Shown: positions 17,157 to 23,166 of the stretch, piece by piece
Position numbering within the stretch: the first letter of the stretch is position 1
How the letters are laid out: each line of letters starts with the position of its first letter
DNA from: an uncultured Acidimicrobiaceae bacterium
GTDB lineage: Bacteria; Actinomycetota; Acidimicrobiia; Acidimicrobiales; RAAP-2
NCBI GenBank assembly: GCA_963804055.1
Contig: CAWDOU010000001.1
Coordinates: forward strand, 451,156 to 483,155
Reading direction: 5' to 3'
DNA length: 32,000 bases
Notes under the pieces: model-generated
What the model saw: the letters and a program-made list of their open reading frames with translations, nothing else
What the model was told of the DNA's origin: nothing
The model's database searches: none
Position numbers and translations under genes: made by a program

Positions 17157-17681
17157 GTGTACGTGAAAACCTTCCCGAAAGTGGTCCTCGCGGTGTACAC
17201 GGCCGTCCTGCTCTGGCTGATTCTGTTCAAGTTCTCAGTGCATATCGATGCTGTGCTGCACTACGACAGGAGGAGTCTGAACCTCGTGCCGTTCTCGGAC
17301 GCTTCGGGGAGCGTGGGCGAGATGCTCGACAATGTCCTCGTCTTCATCCCGTTCGGTGTGTTATTGGGCGTCACCTGCAAGCGTCTCAATGTGTGGCGCA
17401 AGCTTCTCGTTGTCCTTGCCTTCAGCCTGACCGTCGAGGTGCTGCAGTACGTGTTCGCCATCGGAGCCTCGGACATCACCGACGTCATCGCGAACACGTT
17501 CGGTGGCCTTCTCGGGCTGATGGCCTATGACCTGGGTCGCAGGCACATTCGTAAAGAGAGCCTCGACAGGTTCATCGTGACCGCGGGAAGTGCGTTCCTC
17601 GCGGTGTTTCTCCTGCTTCTTGCGGTAGTGGAGATCCGTCATGGAGTGCGATATCACTTGCCCCACACGAGGGGCAACTGA
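17157..17681 (+). CDS. VanZ-like family membrane protein
   Basis: The C-terminal part of track ORF 16797..17681 has the layout VLAVYTAVLLWLILF...NLVPF...NVLVFIPFGVLLG...EVLQY...SDITDVIANTFGGLLG, typical of VanZ (PF04892). The start is ambiguous: GTG 17127, 17157 or 17163. GC is visibly lower here than in the van enzymes. Confidence 0.75.
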   Translation: MYVKTFPKVVLAVYTAVLLWLILFKFSVHIDAVLHYDRRSLNLVPFSDASGSVGEMLDNVLVFIPFGVLLGVTCKRLNVWRKLLVVLAFSLTVEVLQYVFAIGASDITDVIANTFGGLLGLMAYDLGRRHIRKESLDRFIVTAGSAFLAVFLLLLAVVEIRHGVRYHLPHTRGN

Positions 17682-17705
17682 ATGAGGGTCGGTGAGCCGC
17701 CGAGA

Positions 17706-18116
17706 TCAGGGCAGCGTGGAGCCCGCGTCCATCGGGACTCCGACGACCGAGGCGATCCGGCTGAGGTCGGCGTCGTGGGCCAGGAGCACCGCCCCGTGGC
17801 GGAGCGCCACCGAGGCGATCATGCAGTCCACCAGCCCACGTGGTGTCACGCCGGCCCGGCGACATCTCCGATAGATCAGGCTCGCTGCGTCGAAATCGGC
17901 GACGGCCTCGAAGGTGAGCAGGTGACAGCGGGCGAGCAGTCGCTGCAGATCGGCCGCCCGGTTGTCACTGCGCGCGCCGGCGACGACTTCCATGACGACG
18001 GGTTCGGTGACCGCCAAGGCGCCATCGTCGGCGATGAGTTCGGCCATGCGTTGGTCGACGCGGCTGCCGGAACCGCGGTCGTACTCCACCCAGGCCGAGG
18101 TGTCGGCGAGGATCAC
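17706..18116 (-). CDS. vapC: PIN-domain ribonuclease toxin VapC
   Basis: Begins MILADTSAWVEY. The PIN acidic residues appear in ILADTS, VMEVV, LVDCMIA and LLAHDAD. The GTG start overlaps the vapB stop (GTGA at 18113-18116). Confidence 0.88.
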   Translation of the reverse strand: MILADTSAWVEYDRGSGSRVDQRMAELIADDGALAVTEPVVMEVVAGARSDNRAADLQRLLARCHLLTFEAVADFDAASLIYRRCRRAGVTPRGLVDCMIASVALRHGAVLLAHDADLSRIASVVGVPMDAGSTLP

Positions 18117-18325
18117 CGCCCGTCGGCGGGGCCCGAGTCCTGGGGAACCTCCCCGATGGCGTGCGCCCCCCGCATCGCCAGCGCCTCGTCACGGGTCATG
18201 GGCTGCCCGGCGAGGTGCCGGAGTGCCAGGTCGACCGCTTCCGTCTTCGTGTGCACGCCGTAGCGGTCCATCACCGCCCGGAGAACCGTCTCCTCTATCT
18301 CGATGTTGGTGCGTGCCCGGCTCAT
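18113..18325 (-). CDS. vapB: VapB-family antitoxin
   Basis: Trimmed to ATG 18325 (MSRARTNIEIEETVLRAVMDRYGVHTKTEAVDLALRHL), the classic VapB_antitoxin N-terminus. 70 aa, with a 4-nt overlap with vapC. Confidence 0.8.
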   Translation of the reverse strand: MSRARTNIEIEETVLRAVMDRYGVHTKTEAVDLALRHLAGQPMTRDEALAMRGAHAIGEVPQDSGPADGR

Positions 18326-18362
18326 ACACGTATCGTACACATGACGTGTAGGGAGCGTGTAG
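18325..18362 (-). promoter_or_regulatory. vapBC operator/promoter (four TACACG/CGTGTA half-sites, leaderless -10)
   Basis: TACACG lies at 18325, TACAC(a) at 18336, and CGTGTA at 18345 and 18356. This makes two pairs spaced 11 bp apart in inverted orientation. On the minus strand TACGAT (TANNNT) lies at 18332-18337, 6 nt upstream of the vapB ATG, and there is no SD. Confidence 0.5.
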
Positions 18363-18669
18363 CAAAGCACGCCGTTAATGGTGGATGGAGCCGCAGGGAA
18401 GAGGGTGATTGGTGTCCAGTCCCACAATCCGGATCGACAATCGTCTCGAAACTAACGCCATACCAAGATGAGCATCCCTCCTCGAATTGTCCCTTAGCTG
18501 GACGTCCAGGTGCAGGCCTCACATGAGGCGATCCAAGCTGGCGCATTCGTCACCCGTGAAGGTCTTCAAAGTACCTGACTCCGCAACAGTTGTCGCTGCC
18601 ATTTCCCAGCGGCATACTTCCCAACCGAGCGTTGGGCTGTGAGCCCGATTCTGGCGAAGGCGGTGCACG

Positions 18670-21600
18670 ATGATCAGTCGGCAGAGGGGATCGGGGAGGC
18701 GCGCGCCTTCCACTCAAGCGCCCCCTTTTGCGCGCCTGCCCCAGGGTCGCCTGGGGCGCGGGACATTCCTGGCCTGGGTTCGCCTGGCCCTGTGCACCGC
18801 GCTGGCCGCCGCCGCATCGATCTTGGCCCTTGGTGTTCCTACGGCCAGCGCTGGTGCCGCCGAGCACGCCACGAGCAGCACCTTGGGCTATCGCCTCGTC
18901 GCCTCTGACGGGGGCATCTTCGGCTACGACGCTGCTTTCTTCGGATCTGCTGGTGGCAGGCATCTCAACGAGCCCATCGTCGGCATGGCGCCCACTCCTT
19001 CGGGCGACGGGTACTGGGAAGTTGCCTCCGACGGTGGCATCTTCAATTACGGCGACGCCAAGTTCTTGGGGTCGACGGGAGCCATCCATCTGAACAAGCC
19101 CATCGTTGGCATGGCGGCCACCCCCGATGGCGGGGGCTACTGGCTGGTGGCATCCGACGGCGGCATCTTCACCTACGGCGACGCCAGGTTCTTCGGTTCC
19201 ACCGGTGCCATCCATCTGAACAAGCCCATCGTCGGCATGGCGGCCACCCCTGACGGCGGTGGCTACTGGCTGGTGGCCAGCGACGGTGGGATCTTCACCT
19301 ATGGCGACGCCGGCTACTACGGCTCGACGGGCAATGTCCACCTCAACAAGCCGATCGTGGCCATGACGGCGAGTCCTGACGGCGGGGGCTACTGGCTGGT
19401 GGCCTCCGACGGGGGCATCTTCAACTACGGAGATGCCACCTTCTTGGGATCGACCGGGGCCGTCCACCTCAACAAGCCGATCGTCGCCATGACCCCGACC
19501 CCTGACGGCGGGGGCTATTGGCTCGTGGCCTCCGACGGGGGCATCTTCAACTACGGCGACGCCACCTTCTTGGGATCGACCGGCGGGACAGCGCTCAACG
19601 CCCCCATCGTCGGACTCACCTTCTACCGCTTGATCCTGCATCAGCCGGTCACGTCGCCCACGACCACGTCACCGACCACGACCATTGCACCGACGTCGCC
19701 CACGACGACGACGACTGCCCCGACCACGACGACGACAACCATCCCGACCTCGACCACCACATCAACATCGACCACCAGCACCACGACGACGATTCCTCCC
19801 ACCACGACCACCACGACCGCCTCACCGACGTCGACTACGACGACCACTGCACCCACCACTACGACCACCACGACCACTTCACCGACGTCGACCACCAGCA
19901 CGACGTCGACCACCAGCACGACGGTGGCGACCCCCATTCCGACGATCACCTCGATCAGCCCGACCGCTGGGCTGACCTCGGGTGGGACGTCGGTTGTCAT
20001 CACCGGCACACACCTCAACGGGGCGACCACGGTCAAGTTCGGCACCGCCTCAGCCAGATTCACCGATGACAGCACCACCTCTGTCACGGCCACCGCCCCA
20101 GGAGGGTCAGCCGGCACCGTCGACATCACGGTCACGACACCGGGGGGCACTTCGGCCACCTCGTCGGCCGATCAGTTCACCTACGTGGCCGTTCCCGCTG
20201 TCTCCTCCATCAGCCCGACCGCAGGAAGCTCCTCCGGGGGCACGAGTGTCACCATCACCGGGACCAACCTCTCGGGGGCCACCTCGGTCGAGTTCGGATC
20301 CAACCCGGCCACAGTTACCGGCGACAGCACTACCTCGATCATTGCGACCGCACCCGCGGGAACGGGCACCGTCGACGTGACCGTCACCACTCCCGGAGGC
20401 ACCTCGGCCATTTCGGCGGCCGACGAGTTCAGCTACGTCTTTGACCCATGCAGCCCGCTAACGGCAAACACGGAGGTTCCCTCGGGCATCTATGTCGTCA
20501 ATTGCACAATGGACGTGCCCCCAGGCGTCACTTTGACGCTTGACCCTGGTGTGATCCTGAAGTTCGGATCAGCAGATGGCATCACCGTCGACGGCACGCT
20601 CGACGCCGTGGGCACCAGCACCGAGCCCATCACCTTCACCTCTCTCAACGACAACTCGGTTGGAGGTGACACTGGCGATGGAACCCCAGGCGTCACAGAC
20701 TGGAGCGGGATCTCCGTTCAGAACTCAGGGTCAATCGATCTCGAGCACGCCGAGATCGCCTACGGAGCGGACGGCATCGAAGGCGGCGGCAACGGATCGT
20801 TCGTCGTCTCCAACGACGTCTTCTTGACCACGGGCACGCCCGTGTCGCTCGACACCTCTGCCTCGGTCACGATCCAGGACGACACCTTTAGCAACAGTGG
20901 CGAGACCCCAGTTTCCGTCGATGCCCCGACGCCGGTGGTCGAGAACAACACCGTGAACCAGAACTCGAGTTCTGGTTCGTCAGAGGTCGCTTTCAGCGTC
21001 GACGGCACCGCGCTCGACCTCAGCCAGTTGCAGCCCAACACAGTGATCGGTACTGGCTTCGTCGGGTTCCAGATCTCAGGGGTTCTGGCCGCAAGTGGGA
21101 CCCTTGCGGCAGGTCCACAACCTTGGATGGTTGGCGCCAATGAAACGGAGACCTCCCTCGTCGTGCCCCAGGGGATTACCTTGACCGTCGCACCGGGTGT
21201 CGTGGTCAAGGGGACGCAATTCGGGTGCGGACCCTATTGCTCGGTTGTGAGCCTCAAGATCGACGGCACGCTCGACGCCGTGGGCACCAGCACCGAGCCC
21301 ATCACCTTCACCTCTCTCAACGACAACTCGGTTGGAGGTGACACTGGCGATGGAACCCCAGGCGTCACAGACTGGAGCGGGATCTCCGTTCAGAACTCAG
21401 GGTCAATCGATCTCGAGCACGCCGAGATCGCCTACGGAGCGGACGGCATCGAAGGCGGCGGCAACGGATCGTTCGTCGTCTCCAACGACGTCTTCTTGAC
21501 CACGGGCACGCCCGTGTCGCTCGACACCTCTGCCTCGGTCACGATCCAGGACGACACCTTTAGCAACAGTGGCGAGACCCCAGTTTCCGTCGATGCCCCG

Positions 21601-22848
21601 ACGCCGGTGGTCGAGAACAACACCGTGAACCAGAACTCGAGTTCTGGTTCGTCAGAGGTCGCTTTCAGCGTCGACGGCACCGCGCTCGACCTCAGCCAGT
21701 TGCAGCCCAACACAGTGATCGGTACTGGCTTCGTCGGGTTCCAGATCTCAGGGGTTCTGGCCGCAAGTGGGACCCTTGCGGCAGGTCCACAACCTTGGAT
21801 GGTTGGCGCCAATGAAACGGAGACCTCCCTCGTCGTGCCCCAGGGGATTACCTTGACCGTCGCACCGGGTGTCGTGGTCAAGGGGACGCAATTCGGGTGC
21901 GGACCCTATTGCTCGGTTGTGAGCCTCAAGATCGACGGCACGCTCGACGCCGTGGGCACCAGCACCGAGCCCATCACCTTCACCTCTCTCAACGACAACT
22001 CGGTTGGAGGTGACACTGGCGATGGAACCCCAGGCGTCACAGACTGGAGCGGGATCTCCGTTCAGAACTCAGGGTCAATCGATCTCGAGCACGCCGAGAT
22101 CGCCTACGGAGCGGACGGCATCGAAGGCGGCGGCAACGGATCGTTCGTCGTTGAACAGACAACCATCACAGACGTCGGTACTGCTATTGCCTTCTCCGGG
22201 AACTCTGCACTCATGAGCGGCATCACGATCGATGACGCCCAATCGGGTTTGTCGGTGACAAGCGGAGCAGCAACACTTCGAGCGATTCTTAACAACGTGC
22301 AGGTTGGCGTCGAGGCTTGTGACTGGGGCACATCCACGTCCTGCTCCGTTGATGCGTCCTACTCCTATTGGGGAAATCCAAGCGGTCCTGGAGGAGGCAC
22401 AAACGGCGAACCATCGGTATGCGGCGACGTCTGGACGAGCCCGTACTACACGTCTGACTCAGAGAGCTCAACCGATACGGGCACGGTCTTTGAGGCAAAC
22501 TGCGACGGTTCGCCAACTCCCGATCAACAGCTAGCTACGGCAGAGCAGAATGAGAGTAGCGCGGAAAGCGTGCTGCAATTGGAGTGTTCGTCTATCGGTC
22601 AGCCCTATTGTCAAGAATTGCAGAGCGACGACCAGTGCCTCTCGGGTCTGATCAGCCTCGGTGAAGCGGCTTCTGAGTACTCCTTCACGGGTCCCGAGGA
22701 CGTGGTCGGGAACGGTGCCGAATTCATCGAGGAGAATGCTTCGGAGGACGTCGGAAATGTTGCAAAAGACGCTGCCTTCCTGGACACAATTTCGTCCTTT
22801 GTTTCAACGGTTCTGCAGGTAGCCGACGCATTGAATTCCTGTTTCTAG
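18670..22848 (+). CDS. large secreted multi-repeat protein (propeller-like repeats, Thr/Pro linker, 2x IPT/TIG, repeated beta-helix-like modules, Cys-rich acidic tail)
   Basis: A single 1392-aa ORF. The N-terminus has a signal-peptide-like segment (FLAWVRLALCTALAAAASILALGVPTASA). Two segments of the type ITSISPTAGxxSGGTxVxITGTxLxGATxVxFG...VTTPGGTS are IPT/TIG-like. The modules GTSTEPITFTSLNDNSVGGDTGDGTPGVTDWSGI with short strand-turn periodicity, plus a YWGNPSGP cap motif, resemble right-handed beta-helix proteins. The exact start codon is uncertain. Confidence 0.85.
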   Translation: MISRQRGSGRRAPSTQAPPFARLPQGRLGRGTFLAWVRLALCTALAAAASILALGVPTASAGAAEHATSSTLGYRLVASDGGIFGYDAAFFGSAGGRHLNEPIVGMAPTPSGDGYWEVASDGGIFNYGDAKFLGSTGAIHLNKPIVGMAATPDGGGYWLVASDGGIFTYGDARFFGSTGAIHLNKPIVGMAATPDGGGYWLVASDGGIFTYGDAGYYGSTGNVHLNKPIVAMTASPDGGGYWLVASDGGIFNYGDATFLGSTGAVHLNKPIVAMTPTPDGGGYWLVASDGGIFNYGDATFLGSTGGTALNAPIVGLTFYRLILHQPVTSPTTTSPTTTIAPTSPTTTTTAPTTTTTTIPTSTTTSTSTTSTTTTIPPTTTTTTASPTSTTTTTAPTTTTTTTTSPTSTTSTTSTTSTTVATPIPTITSISPTAGLTSGGTSVVITGTHLNGATTVKFGTASARFTDDSTTSVTATAPGGSAGTVDITVTTPGGTSATSSADQFTYVAVPAVSSISPTAGSSSGGTSVTITGTNLSGATSVEFGSNPATVTGDSTTSIIATAPAGTGTVDVTVTTPGGTSAISAADEFSYVFDPCSPLTANTEVPSGIYVVNCTMDVPPGVTLTLDPGVILKFGSADGITVDGTLDAVGTSTEPITFTSLNDNSVGGDTGDGTPGVTDWSGISVQNSGSIDLEHAEIAYGADGIEGGGNGSFVVSNDVFLTTGTPVSLDTSASVTIQDDTFSNSGETPVSVDAPTPVVENNTVNQNSSSGSSEVAFSVDGTALDLSQLQPNTVIGTGFVGFQISGVLAASGTLAAGPQPWMVGANETETSLVVPQGITLTVAPGVVVKGTQFGCGPYCSVVSLKIDGTLDAVGTSTEPITFTSLNDNSVGGDTGDGTPGVTDWSGISVQNSGSIDLEHAEIAYGADGIEGGGNGSFVVSNDVFLTTGTPVSLDTSASVTIQDDTFSNSGETPVSVDAPTPVVENNTVNQNSSSGSSEVAFSVDGTALDLSQLQPNTVIGTGFVGFQISGVLAASGTLAAGPQPWMVGANETETSLVVPQGITLTVAPGVVVKGTQFGCGPYCSVVSLKIDGTLDAVGTSTEPITFTSLNDNSVGGDTGDGTPGVTDWSGISVQNSGSIDLEHAEIAYGADGIEGGGNGSFVVEQTTITDVGTAIAFSGNSALMSGITIDDAQSGLSVTSGAATLRAILNNVQVGVEACDWGTSTSCSVDASYSYWGNPSGPGGGTNGEPSVCGDVWTSPYYTSDSESSTDTGTVFEANCDGSPTPDQQLATAEQNESSAESVLQLECSSIGQPYCQELQSDDQCLSGLISLGEAASEYSFTGPEDVVGNGAEFIEENASEDVGNVAKDAAFLDTISSFVSTVLQVADALNSCF
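18886..19623 (+). repeat. six tandem 126-bp (42-aa) coding repeats
   Basis: Units begin at about 18886, 19012, 19138, 19264, 19390 and 19516. The consensus is YWLVASDGGIFxYGDAxFxGSTGxxHLNKPIVGMxxTPDGGG. The DNA copies differ at many synonymous positions. Confidence 0.85.
19645..19941 (+). repeat. low-complexity ACC/ACG-rich tract encoding a ~100-aa Thr/Pro/Ser linker
   Basis: The translation is TSPTTTSPTTTIAPTSPTTTTTAPTTTTTTIPTSTTTSTSTTSTTTTIPPTTTTTTASPTSTTTTTAPTTTTTTTTSPTSTTSTTSTTSTT. Confidence 0.85.
20589..22151 (+). repeat. 100% identical 672-bp in-frame tandem repeat, 2.3 copies
   Basis: Unit starts are at 20589, 21261 and 21933. By eye, copies 1 and 2 are identical over all 672 bp. 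Copy 3 is identical for 219 bp, to 22151. The antisense track ORFs 20760..21209 and 21432..21881 are letter-identical. Confidence 0.95.
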
Positions 22849-23166
22849 GTTGCGTTCGCCGCGATACGTGCAGGCCAAACGACCACTGTCTGCCGAGGGC
22901 GGCTATTGCTGCCGAACGATTGAATGCGACGGATAGCATTCGCGCCGGCTGCAAGGGAGCGCGTGGAGAGACCGCAACCTGGCGCCTTTCGATAACCGTA
23001 GAAGATGCTGAGACCATGGTGAGATTGCCATGTGATTTCTGGAGCTACGGCTAGTAATCGGCAGCCCTGCAACATATGCCTGTCCAAGCGTCTGGTAGTT
23101 CGCAGATTCACAACCTCCCTTCACGGTGGCGACGCGTACCTGGCTGGGCCTAGGCAGCTTTCGGAG

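Noticed and set aside
18550-19641. 363-aa minus-strand ORF with its own internal repeats (…DDGLVQMDG…GVAVGEDAAVG…)
   Set aside because: It is the antisense image of the 126-bp coding repeats of the giant plus-strand gene. Its periodicity is inherited, and its composition is Gly/Val/Asp/Arg-biased with no signal or motifs.
19645-19941. ACC/ACG-rich tract considered as a non-coding microsatellite. Also the overlapping ORFs 19518..20069 (+), 19685..19975 (+) and 19641..20159 (-)
   Set aside because: The tract keeps the frame of the giant ORF and encodes a Thr/Pro/Ser linker. The alternative frames give His/Asp-, Arg/Pro- or Val-only nonsense.
20760-21881. Two identical 149-aa minus-strand ORFs (20760..21209 and 21432..21881), which might have been taken for a duplicated gene
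   Set aside because: They are antisense to the 672-bp tandem repeat within the 1392-aa ORF. The identity simply reflects the DNA repeat.
20589-22151. Possibility that the periodic repeats are a CRISPR array or an IS/transposon duplication
   Set aside because: The units are contiguous 672-bp copies with no spacers. They are fully in frame inside one long ORF, with no terminal inverted repeats and no transposase.
22849-23166. 318-bp convergent spacer with small ORFs (22845..23111 -, 22903..23124 -) and a short hairpin GAATGC-n8-GCATTC (22922-22941)
   Set aside because: The ORFs lack SD sequences and have odd composition. The hairpin is short and lacks a U-tract. I cannot support a gene, sRNA or terminator call. 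It is noted only as part of the compositional mosaic.
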